The position numbers were made by a program, and so were the translations under genes. The notes under the pieces were generated by a model. The model saw only the letters and a list, made by a program, of their open reading frames with translations, did not search any database and was not told where the DNA came from. DNA of 63,740 bases, filler included, from Babesia bigemina (Eukaryota): NCBI RefSeq assembly GCF_000981445.1. It is 15 parts of 15 records of this genome, joined end to end, with 100 filler letters (N's around TTAATTAATTAA, not from the genome) between each part and the next. Parts side by side here need not be neighbours in the genome. Positions count along the whole stretch, not along the records: positions 47,285 to 51,704 come from NW_012236994.1; positions 51,805 to 56,910 come from NW_012236995.1; positions 57,011 to 63,740 come from NW_012236996.1; 12 more parts are not named here. One strand, given 5' to 3'. Positions 49,039 through 60,500 of this stretch are shown piece by piece (the stretch's first letter is position 1; every line of letters starts with the position of its first letter).

Positions 49039-49969
49039 ATGATGGAGGATTTTGCGTCTGGATTTCCTCCACCTCCGTTCTTCTACAAGAACTATTCTTT
49101 TAGAGATGTGAGCCTGTCGCATAGTGTTTCGAGCGCTCACACTCTGCCTTCGGTTCCGTATACGACGTCGTTAACACCGCATATCGGTGATACGCTGGGC
49201 AGTGAGCGCATCTCAGGTCCGGAATGCCCCTCTGCTCCTTCCGATGGTTGGTACAATTTCGGAACACAAGAACACGTAAGTTCTAATTCGACGTACTTGT
49301 TTTCATAACATCCTTAGCTAGCAATCAACACGGTGGAGTTGGATTCCGAGACTCTGATTCGTGTGTCTGTTGAGGACTCGGATGTCCGAGTTCATCTTAA
49401 GGCTTTGTATACGGATTTTATGGATTGTCTGCTGTCGTATTTGGGTCGTATTAAGAACGTAGGTTGTTTGGTTAATTCGTCTAAAGCGCTTCATTAGATG
49501 GACAGCGATTCTATTTCCGATATCAAGCGTTTTATGAAGGTGTGTTCGCTGTGCGATTCGACATTATTCTTCCTCTTTTATGCTTAATGCCAGTTAGGCT
49601 AACATTGCGCTACTTGATATCTCATTTGTGCGTAGCTCTACAGCAATATTCAACATACGCTGTCGTCCTTCTCGCAGCGAAAGGCGGAGGACGACGTTTT
49701 ACGAATGCTCAGGTTAGCACATTTGTTTCAACCACTAAATGCCTGCGTGTGTACTGACTTTTTATTACTATTTGACAGAGATCAGCTGCAGCGTCGAAGG
49801 CACTACATAGATTGCCTAAAAGTGTAAGTTATGTGTTGCCGTAATTTATAAATGCAGGGCATTGGTGGATATCCACATGTTACTGTCAAAAGAGAAGGCG
49901 GATGAATCGTCTGGTATCGTCGATGTAAAAGGCATGGTACCAACCATTGGGTGTGTACCTCCAATGTGA
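49039..49969 (+). CDS. MED7: Mediator subunit 7, six exons (49039-49275, 49318-49458, 49498-49539, 49636-49712, 49779-49823, 49858-49969)
   Basis: N-terminal SGFPPPPFFYKNY motif. Five GT-AG introns (42, 39, 96, 66, 34 bp) give an open frame with LYSNIQHTLSSFSQRKAEDDVLRMLRDQLQRRR, matching the MED7 C-terminal helix. Confidence 0.78.
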
Positions 49970-50815
49970 GGCTGCAATGTGGTTGCTTATCACAGTTAGG
50001 TAGTTTCGCAGCATAGTACTGTAGTTTGCCAAATTATATGTCTTGTTTGTAATTAACACATCTCTAATGAATTTCATCGCATTAAGACACTCAAATCTAT
50101 GTATTGTAAGTTGGCAGTCGTTTTCTGTTATACTGTGTTTTGCTGTGGAATTTTAATCTTGACTCTAACAGCAAACTACGTTACGTTAATAATATGCTTT
50201 TAACTGTAATATCGGCTTTAAAAAGCGCAAAATGATAACTTGGCAGTTGTTGTTTGGCGTCTGCTTGGTTGTGGTGTACATTGAGAAAAAGATAACAGGA
50301 TCGCGCGTTTACATCCTTTTTAAACAAATTTATGGAGCATGCTGAACCATGAAATGATAGCTCTACCGTGCAGAGATTCACGTGAGCCTTACGTTAGAAC
50401 TATCAGCGTTTAATAATGTGGGTTTACCGACCCCCCGCAGCAACATTACGTCCCCGCAATTATCAGCCTCGAGCACACTACGCAGCGACCATATGTCATC
50501 GCGTTGAGAGCTCTGATCATCTGCTGCATGTTACAACTTCGATGTTATTAGCTTATATATGCCGGCGTTTGGCGTGAGGTACAAGTTTACAGGGCCAATT
50601 ATTACAGAATCGCAACAAAGACTTCACTCTTATCAGGGCACATTGCTGTATATCTTCGATATAGTCCTCTGCATACCATTATATGGATGCGTCTAGTTAT
50701 TGCTGCCTTCTTAATTGCCATTCGATGCGTTGTGTAACACCAAAACTGCACAATATGATGTCGGCTGAACAAAGCAGTGAAATGCCGAAAATACTTTCAC
50801 GCAATACTACTACCA

Positions 50816-51704
50816 TTGTTTTTTTGTGTTTATGCCTCACACGCGCACGATGATCTCTACAACACCATCACACGTCAGACAGAAGGTCGAGAACCTGTGG
50901 ATTTCTAGTCTTCCTTTATCTTAACCAAAAAACGCAGTACATACAAACATACACACACATTTAACCAAAATATCGATGGAATTATAATAGATGAAACCAA
51001 TAATAGCAAGAAGGCTGCTGTAGACCTTGCTATCCAGTGTCTCTGTTGTCAATGAGCAAAAGTTTAATATTTGTAACAGATGCACTTATGTAGACAGATA
51101 TTATGAGTTATGTTGTATAACAAATGGCCTCACATATTCTTGATACTAAATCTTTCGATCCAGCTCGGAGTCACCCTTTCCTGTCGAACAAGTTCAAAAG
51201 AAGGGACCCAAATGTGCATTTCTATTTACCGATAGAGTGTCCGTTGCTTAAGAACTGCACAGAGGGTTCGTGTCCTCTGGCGCATACCAAGCTTGAGGTT
51301 ATTTTCCATCCCATTGTCTATAAGACCCGTAAATGCAAGATGATATCGATGGGAGCTTGTAGCTTCCCTCAAAAGTGTACCTTCTACAACAACGACTCTG
51401 AGAAGATGGCTGCTCAGCTGTTGTGGATTGCGTGGGAAAGGACATGGGATCTGTGGCGCGTCAACATTGAAGCCGTACTCAGTAGCCACGACAAGCTCAA
51501 TAGCAATATCGCGAAAAACTTGTCAATTATTAAAAACTACAGGGGTAACGTAAAGCAATTCTTGAAGACCATTAATGGTACGAATAATGGAAGACATCTC
51601 CTTGATGGCAGATTGGATTCCATCCTGCGTTCACAATTTTCCATGCCGGCGCCGAACGCGGGCACTGATGAGCCTCGGAGCTACTCGCTGCCGTTAGCTA
51701 CGTC
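50816..51704 (+). repeat. Tandem segmental duplication of 47285-48173 (offset 3531)
   Basis: Near-identical sequence with a few substitutions in the CDS. Confidence 0.95.
51124..51704 (+). CDS. CCCH zinc-finger protein, copy 2 (truncated by the gap)
   Basis: Paralog of 47593 with N4H, V7D and one later N>D change. Confidence 0.72.
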
Positions 51705-51804
51705 NNNNNNNNNNNNNNNNNNNNNNNNNNNNNNNNNNNNNNNNNNNNTTAATTAATTAANNNNNNNNNNNNNNNNNNNNNNNNNNNNNNNNNNNNNNNN
51801 NNNN

Positions 51805-52851
51805 GACAGTTTGGCAACTGCCTTTATTGCCTTGCCACCAGCCACACTACCCACCGCTCCTCCAATCAGTGTAACAGCAATCGCTACGCATGCCATTGTA
51901 TCAGACACACCCAAATACTGAAGATATATTGTCATATAAGAAAATGCGCACATCGGGGCTTATGCGATGAATATTGTAAATATGGATATACCAGCTGTTG
52001 CAGTCCCAAAAACTTGTTCAAAGGCTTTCATTATAAGATTTTGCAAAGGTTTTTCAGATTTCTTAAAATCACCTTGCAATCCAAATACAATGCTTATAGC
52101 AAATAATATCCACACGTATCCCAACACAACGTACGACGTACGCCAGCCATAATATCCTAATAAGACTTTGCGTGCGATAAGCGTAGTTACGACTGCACAT
52201 ATCAACCTACCAATGCAATTTAGAGCCTGGAAAGTCGTGAACATGTCATTAGCTGCCTTTATTTCCTTTACTTCCTCTAAATTAGTTGTTGCATGTAAGC
52301 CCGTTGTGCTTACTGTTCCACTTGACCCTGGTTTCGCTTCAGATCCCTGTGTTTCCTTTGATCCCATACGCATCTTTACATCCTCTGAACCAGTTGAATC
52401 TGCAACTATTTTCTGTTGTACCGGATATACACAGGCGAATCCAAACCCGTGTAAGAATCGCAGGAAGAGGATCTGCAAGTAAATCAGCGGTGCAACATTT
52501 GCAACATACCACTTTGTAGTGCGACGCTGAACTTAAGAAAATTGAAGCCATACCCATCACTAACAAACCACCGCCGAGTACATAATTCGAGTGAAATTTG
52601 TCCGCCAGCAACCCCCAGATTAAGCAGCAACCCATGCGGGACATGGTAGACACAGTTGATAACGTGGACAATTGAGTTTGCGAAAAACCCAACGTTAACT
52701 CGAAAGCCCTCATACACATGGACAACACCTGTTGGTCGTAACCTTCGATGAAAGAGACAACATAGTACAGCGCTTCTCCAAACCAAGTGTACTTGACTGT
52801 TTTATTATCAGTTGAAGCTCCAGATGAATATGATGAATCCGTTGAATCCAT
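51805..52851 (-). pseudogene. MFS transporter copy with premature stop (partial)
   Basis: Duplicate of 54955-56001; GAA changed to TAA at 51962-51960; intron at 52473-52509. Confidence 0.72.
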
Positions 52852-53283
52852 TTTTGATATATTCCTACTGTTATACTTGTACTCAAATGACTTATTAATC
52901 AGATGCAATAAATATCGCGTAGAATATGACACAGAAGAGAAACATCAAGGTTATCTATCATATACGATACTATAGATCAAGACATTTATTATCCTAAATA
53001 GTATTGGCTGTGAAATATGAATAATACGTCACAGGCGACCTATAATAGAGTCGTTATTTACGACTGGACGGTGTAAACACATAACATTGAACCCCAGAAC
53101 AATACATTTGGTCATTTACCGACAAGTGACAAAAGTAACACAAATAATGTTACCACAATGAATATGTTAAATGCACACCGTTATAATTCTATAAAATATA
53201 TGAGAAGTCAGGCCTGCAATCCGGCACATTTGACGCTACCAGACTGCCTTCAGCGACATTCATAACGCTTCCACAAGTGTACT

Positions 53284-54097
53284 TCATGCAATCCACAAAC
53301 CTGTGGCACCATTAAATTCCCAAGTCGTAAAAATCGGCCATCGCGGGTAGAAGCTCTGCTTGAGCACCTCGATGAGCGCCTGCGATAGGTGGGCGTGGAT
53401 CGACGGGCGGTCCTGGACGGACTTGATGAACGCGACCGACTCCCGCTTGGTCGACTCCGCGCTCAGGAACTGCGAAGTCACAGACTTGCACTGAACATTG
53501 GTGATACGGGCGTTCTGGGCAACTTACCAGGTCGAGGGCCTCCGCATGCACGTTGGCGTTCGACAAGACACGCTCGCACAGCAGACGCTCGATGGCCTCA
53601 ACAGTGTCGTCGCGTGCAGCGATGTCCACAAACCACTTCGCGGCACCATCCACGGCCGTCTTAGTGTTGATTGCGTCCAATAGTAGCTGTCCCACATACT
53701 CAATGACCTCTTCGTCCTTGCAAAGGTCTTCTGCGATCTGGCGGCTGAAGGCGTACGCTGTCTTAGTGACATCGTCCTGCTGCATCACACCGATCACGGT
53801 GTCGCGCAGAACTTCACCGGAGCTCAACAGCAGCTGCTCCACCTTGCGCTTCAGCAGCTCCTCCGTCTCCGCGCTGTTCAGGAAGTCCTCCGCCAGCCGC
53901 CGCAGGAAGACCATGGACTGGTCGTGGAACGCCCGGTTGTGCAGTATAACTCCAGCAGCGTTACCTGTAGCGTCCAGCAGTGATGAGCGGACGGTCTCCA
54001 CGTACACCACTGTCGCAACGCCAGCGCATACGATCAGTAGCACCAGTGCCACCGGAGTCCAGCGAGACCCGCCACTGGATGCACTGTGAGGTCCCAA
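53284..54097 (-). CDS. Hypothetical single-pass membrane protein; intron at 53491-53527; start unresolved
   Basis: Hydrophobic VALVLLIVCAGVATVVYV then a helical domain. A 37-bp GTAAGT..TTCAG intron joins LDL to CKSVTSQFLS...GLWIA*. Confidence 0.6.
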
Positions 54098-54446
54098 CTT
54101 GTGCCGGCGTATTTCTTAGACTGCGAGATGACCTGAAGGCACTCGTCGAAGTTCATGATGCCGTTGATGTTACCGGTGATAATTAATTTCATTTTGTAGA
54201 ATACAACAGCATTTTTTTAAATAGCCGCGCATAGATATCTAGAGGCGATTAATGTTTTTTTGACTGTAGCTTTCCTGGCATGTATGTCATCTACCAGCAT
54301 GCCTAAAAGCAACCGAGACAAAAATATCATTGATACTTAAATCCGCAGAATATCTGAGTAATTATAATGCACTAATGATCTTGCATGTTATTACATAAAT
54401 GCCTTCGTACAATTCTATTGTCTTATTTTCGTTGATCTGTGCATTA

Positions 54447-56001
54447 TTATAGGGGAGCGGGCTGTGCTTGTGTTTGATTCGCGTTATTATCCTTTCTATC
54501 ACCTTCATAAGTAACAAACCAAACAACATAGCAAACCAGATTCAGGGTTGTGCCCGCCAAAATAATGTACATCATTGATTTCCTTAAAGCATTGACATTT
54601 GTTTCCTTAACAATGGCATCCATGGTTTCAAACGACTCCCTAGATGGGACGTAGCCAAACACTTTCTCAGACAAATAGGCGGAAACCTGGTATAATATTA
54701 CACTGCTTGCAATACCGGATATGGTTCGAATTATGGCAGATGCAGTGGCCTGAAGTTCTAAGCTGATCGAATTCTTCATAACAGATCTATCAACACCACC
54801 AACCGACACTAATGTTGCCCCAAGAACTGCCAACTCTACGTAATGATACCAAAGCAGCTTCCCTTGCGGCGCTGGGCCTAAAAAGAACAATAAGCACACA
54901 ACATATCGGATAATCATCACTAAGCATCCGGAAGCAGGTTCACCATATTCTCTCGACAGTTTGGCAACTGCCTTTATTGCCTTCCCACCAGCCACACTAC
55001 CCACCGCTCCTCCAATCAGTGTAACAGCAATCGCTACGCCTGCCATTGTATCAGACACACCCAAATACTGAAGATATATTGTCATATAAGAAAATGCGCA
55101 CATAGGGGCTTCTGCGATGAATATTGTAAATATGGATATACCAGCTGTTGCAGTCCCAAAAACTTGTCCAAAGGCTTCCATTATAAGATTTTGCAAAGGT
55201 TTTTCAGATTTCTTAAAATCACCTTGCAATCCAAATACAATGCTTATAGCAAATAATATCCACACGTATCCCAACACAACGTACGACGTACGCCAGCCAT
55301 AATATCCTAATAAGACTTTGCGTGCGATAAGCGTAGTTATGACTGCACATATCAACCTACCAATGCAATTTAGAGCCTGGAAAGTCGTGAACATGTCATT
55401 AGCTGCCTTTATTTCCTTTACTTCCTCTAAATTAGTTGTTGCATGTAAGCCCGTTGTGCTTACTGTTCCACTTGACCCTGGTTTCGCTTCAGATCCCTGT
55501 GTTTCCTTTGATCCCATACGCATCTTTACATCCTCTGAACCAGTTGAATCTGCAACTATTTTCTGTTGTACCGGATATACACAGGCGAATCCAAACCCGT
55601 GTAAGAATCGCAGGAAGAGGATCTGCAAGTAAATCAGCGGTGCAACATTTGCAACATACCACTTTGTAGTGCGACGCTGAACTTAAGAAAATTGAAGCCA
55701 TACCCATCACTAACAAACCACCGCCGAGTACATAATTCGAGTGAAATTTGTCCGCCAGCAACCCCCAGATTAAGCAGCAACCCATGCGGGACATGGTAGA
55801 CACAGTTGATAACGTGGACAATTGAGTTTGCGAAAAACCCAACGTTAACTCGAAAGCCCTCATACACATGGACAACACCTGTTGGTCGTAACCTTCGATG
55901 AAAGAGACAACATAGTACAGCGCTTCTCCAAACCAAGTGTACTTGACTGTTTTATTATCAGTTGAAGCTCCAGATGAATATGATGAATCCGTTGAATCCA
56001 T
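54447..56001 (-). CDS. Major facilitator superfamily transporter, 2 exons (56001-55660, 55622-54447), ~505 aa
   Basis: Many TM helices, WGLLADKF motif-A, LRFLHGFG, GYYGWR; 37-bp GTATGT..TTGCAG intron. Confidence 0.85.
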
Positions 56002-56433
56002 TTTTGATATATTCCTACTGTTATACTTGTACTCAAATGACTTATTAATCAGATGCAATAAATATCGCGTAGAATATGACACAGAAGAGAAACATCAAGG
56101 TTATCTATCATATACGATACTATAGGATCAGACATTTATTATCCTAAATAGTATTGGCTGTGAAATATGAATAATACGTCACAGGCGACCTATAATAGAG
56201 TCGTTATTTACGACTGGACGGTGTAAACACATAACATTGAACCCCAGAACAATACATTTGGTCATTTACCGACAAGTGACAAAAGTAACACAAATAATGT
56301 TACCACAATGAATATGTTAAATGCACACCGTTATAATTCTATAAAATATATGAGAAGTCAGGCCTGCAATCCGGCACATTTGACGCTACCAGACTGCCTT
56401 CAGCGACATTCATAACGCTTCCACAAGTGTACT

Positions 56434-56910
56434 TCATGCAATCCACAAACCTGTGGCACCATTAAATTCCCAAGTCGTAAAAATCGGCCATCGCGGGTAG
56501 AAGCTCTGCTTGAGCACCTCGATGAGCGCCTGCGATAGGTGGGCGTGGATCGACGGGCGGTCCTGGACGGACTTGATGAACGCGACCGACTCCCGCTTGG
56601 TCGACTCCGCGCTCAGGAACTGCGAAGTCACAGACTTGCACTGAACATTGGTGATACGGGCGTTCTGGGCAACTTACCAGGTCGAGGGCCTCCGCATGCA
56701 CGTTGGCGTTCGACAAGACACGCTCGCACAGCAGACGCTCGATGGCCTCAACAGTGTCGTCGCGTGCAGCGATGTCCACAAACCACTTCGCGGCACCATC
56801 CACGGCCGTCTTAGTGTTGATTGCGTCCAATAGTAGCTGTCCCACATACTCAATGACCTCTTCGTCCTTGCAGAGGTCTTCTGTGATCTGGCGGCTGAAG
56901 GCGTACGCTG
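56434..56910 (-). CDS. Second copy (3' part) of the hypothetical membrane protein
   Basis: Duplicate of 53284-53760 (offset 3150). Confidence 0.6.
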
Positions 56911-57010
56911 NNNNNNNNNNNNNNNNNNNNNNNNNNNNNNNNNNNNNNNNNNNNTTAATTAATTAANNNNNNNNNNNNNNNNNNNNNNNNNNNNNNNNNN
57001 NNNNNNNNNN

Positions 57011-57390
57011 GTCCATGTCATCGCTGCCGTGACCATGTGATCGCTGCCGTAACCATGTCATCGCTGCTGTGACCATTTCATCGCTGCCGTGACCATCAAC
57101 TTGGTCAGGTACTTGGTCAGCACATTGGTCAGCACTCTGGTCACCACCTTGGTCAGCACATTGGTCAGCACTTTGGTCAGCACGTTGGTCATGGCATTGA
57201 TCAGCACATAGTTCACCACTTTGGTCACCACCTTGGTCACCACCTTGGTCAGCACATAGGTCAGCACATAGGTCACCACATTGGTCACCACCTTGGTCAG
57301 CACCTTGGTCAGCACCTTGGTCAACACGTTGGTCAGCACATTGGTCATGGCATTGGTCAACACTTTGGGAAGCATCTTGGTCAGCACATT
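57011..57390 (-). repeat. 20-bp satellite (57011-57097) and 12-bp satellite (57098-57390)
   Basis: Same units as other spacers. Confidence 0.94.
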
Positions 57391-57514
57391 AGCTTAATAT
57401 TACACAATCACATACAACGATTAATGAGTGATGCAGCAGATTAAAGCACAATTCGTAAGTTAGGTGAGTAGGTGATGTGCTAGGTGAGTGTAGACAGTAA
57501 ACACGTGAATACAA

Positions 57515-60500
57515 TTACGGTTGCAGATAAAACACCCTGTTAAGCTTGCTAACACGTCCAGCAGCAAGTAGTGATTGAGCAGCGATGCGATGACTCGAGG
57601 GACTATTTAAATGCGATTTGATGTGGAGGAGGTCCAGGCGGATGACCATGATGTGGACGAGGTAGAGGAGAGAGAGGAGCCAGAGAGCCAAGACAAGGTA
57701 GGTGAATGGTTGTCGGATGATCCAGAGGAAGTTGTCACATGCGTCAAATAATTTGGTGAAGTAGTCGGATTTAAGCACGTTGCTTAATTGCGTGTTGAAA
57801 TTGCGGCAGTATTTTCTGTCTGTGCCATACATGCTTTTAGTGTATCCAAATGTGAAACCATATTGGTAGAATGTAGGCGTCACGCCACGGCAGCTGATCA
57901 ATGCGTTGCACGTGCAGTTTAATTCTACGCCATGTGTTCCCGGCTTGCATGAACATTTAGTGCAACCAGAGCTTCCGCAATCTATTTGTTGGAAAGCATC
58001 CAGCAAGGATTTCAGGTAGCTGTAGAATGTCCACGGTAGATATATAGCCCATGAGAGGTATAGATCTGAATGCTTCTCAGCAAGGTAATTGTACGCATCG
58101 GAAGAAGTTGAGGAGAGATAAGGAGCGCATTGGTGCTTCAAATCGGAGCATGGTTTTGTTTCGTTAGGTAGGCAGACACTCAACAAATCGGCATGTTTCG
58201 AGTCCTGATGAGATGTCAGCTTGCTGGGCTCATTGTTGTGCTTTGTTCCATAGATATCTCTGAGCGCACTTCTCAAGTTGCTCGCATCTTCGACTTGATG
58301 TATTGATAGCTTCTTCATCGATTGCTCAAATGCTATTTGAAGACCGTTTTTATTCCTTGATGCGTCTGTCTGCCAGTTTCCAAAATAGTTCATTGCGAAG
58401 CTCATGTGTTCAGCAAGTGTAGATGGCGGTTTTGGCATTAGGCAAAATACTGTTGTGATATATGAATTGGAGAAGAAATTCTCCAGTGTATCACGCAGTT
58501 CTTTGCCTGTACGTGACTGGCCGGAGAAACGTCTAAACCCAAGCGGTACCAAACATGGCATGCCAGGCTTGGACTTCGGACAGGTTGCGCATTCCGTTTT
58601 GCAGCCTATGGTACGCAGCTGATGAGGCAAGTGACCAGGTAAACAGTCATTGAGGTAAGACATTAAAGGAGAAGTTGGCCGGCAATTTGGTTGACTATTT
58701 GCCTGGCACGTTGGTTGACACTTTGGTTCGCACGCTGATTTGTCGGTTGGATGGTCCTTGCATGGCCAGTTGGCACATCCGACGTGTTTACCGTAATGGC
58801 AATCAGCCCATCCGTAGTACGCAGCACGTACGCCGCATTGCCTATACAAGAATCTAAGCGACGGTAATAATCTGTGAAGGACGTCAAGCAGCAGCTGAAG
58901 GCAATCTTCACCTTTAGGCGGGTAATGAAGATTTAGTGCATTGCTGCAGTAGTCGACGGCGTACATGGAGTACGCGTCTCCGGTGCCAAGGATTCTTGCC
59001 AGAACATCGTATGATTTCGAGCACAGACGTGTTATTGCTTTTTGCGTGTCATCATATGACATGTTGTACGGGTGCGCCGGTATGGAGTCTTGTCTCATGT
59101 CTGCAACTGTGATTTCATGGCCTTCATCTTCAACCGCGACCTGCTTACTTGGATCTTCGAATAGGTCACTCACAGCGCCACTCAGCATATCTTCATACAC
59201 TGCATTGCACGGTAACCCAGAGAGCCAACAGAGCATTTCGAATACGTTGCATGGTCGTCTCTTGGCAGTGAAAGTGGAGATGTGCCTGACTTGGTAATAA
59301 TCGGTAAGGTAGTCGTTAAGCTTTTCAAGAGCGTTTTTGAACTCCTTATTGGAGTTGTAAACTGTATCGAATTTATCGACAAGTAATGTATGAACTTTTT
59401 TGCCTTGCATACTAATTTTGTCCTGCAATTCACCGTTTTGTTCACCTCGGTCGGATATACGGTAACCTTGCTCGCTGAAAAAGCTGCCAAGTTCAGTTGA
59501 TTTGTTAATTTGCATATATTTACATGTGCGATAACAATATTTCCTTAATACACTTAATACGTGATGAAGTGTGGAGAACAATGTCAGACATACTTTTGCG
59601 CACTTTTTGCCATTTTCCGTAACTTTCGTGTTTCTGGCATCTACTATTATGATATCCTCCCCTCCATCATACCCGTTCACATACGCCCGCTCCAACTCCT
59701 TGACAAACCCCTCCAGCCCCGCTCTAACCGCATCGAGCAGCTCCGGGTGCCGGGGGTTGGCGAAGTGGGAGGGGGAGAGGGAGGCGAGGGAGGTGGAGAG
59801 GTGGGTGAGGAGGGAGGTGAAAGTGTGGTCAAAGTTGAAAGGTCTTTCTTTTTTGGTACCTTTAATGTTATGATTTAAGTGCGTTAACATTTCATCGAAT
59901 TTTGTTTTAATTTCAAAAACGATTTTACCCGGGTCGTCTGACTGAGGGGTGATTACCTGATCTACTATATACTGTAAAACCGGATCGGAATGGTTTTTAA
60001 AGTACTGAGACAAGTTTTTGAAGTTATCTTGTTTAGCAGATTCAGCCACGTTTTTCAACTTCGTAAGCATATTGGTTTCATCACCTGCAGTCTTATTGCC
60101 ATGATCCATCACCTTCCGCAGCAGGCCTTTGACGCCGGAGTTGAAGTCAGTGGTGATTTCTGTTTCGATTGAGTCGATTTGGGAAGTGACCTCAGTTTTC
60201 ATGTTGGTTAGCATGCCACTGATTTTCTTATAATATTCGTTCAGCGCTTTCGTTTGGACGGTTTTGGTAACGTTGGCAATTTCACGGGTAACGTTACGTT
60301 GTAGGTCTCGGATGGCACTTGCAGCTTCCGTTGGGATGGTAGTGACGTAAAATGTTTCACCGGCTTCGAGAATTTTTTTTAGATTATGCTCATTGTTTTC
60401 TTGGTTGTCCGCTTTCACCGCCGTCCCCAAAATCTTATCTATCTCCGTCTGAATATTCTTGAGACCCTTAGCTGCGTCACCTAACGCTTTATCATTTAGC

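Noticed and set aside
53553..54089. 178-aa plus-strand ORF and other short antisense ORFs over ves genes
   Set aside because: Shadow ORFs opposite genuine coding frames, with no recognisable motifs.
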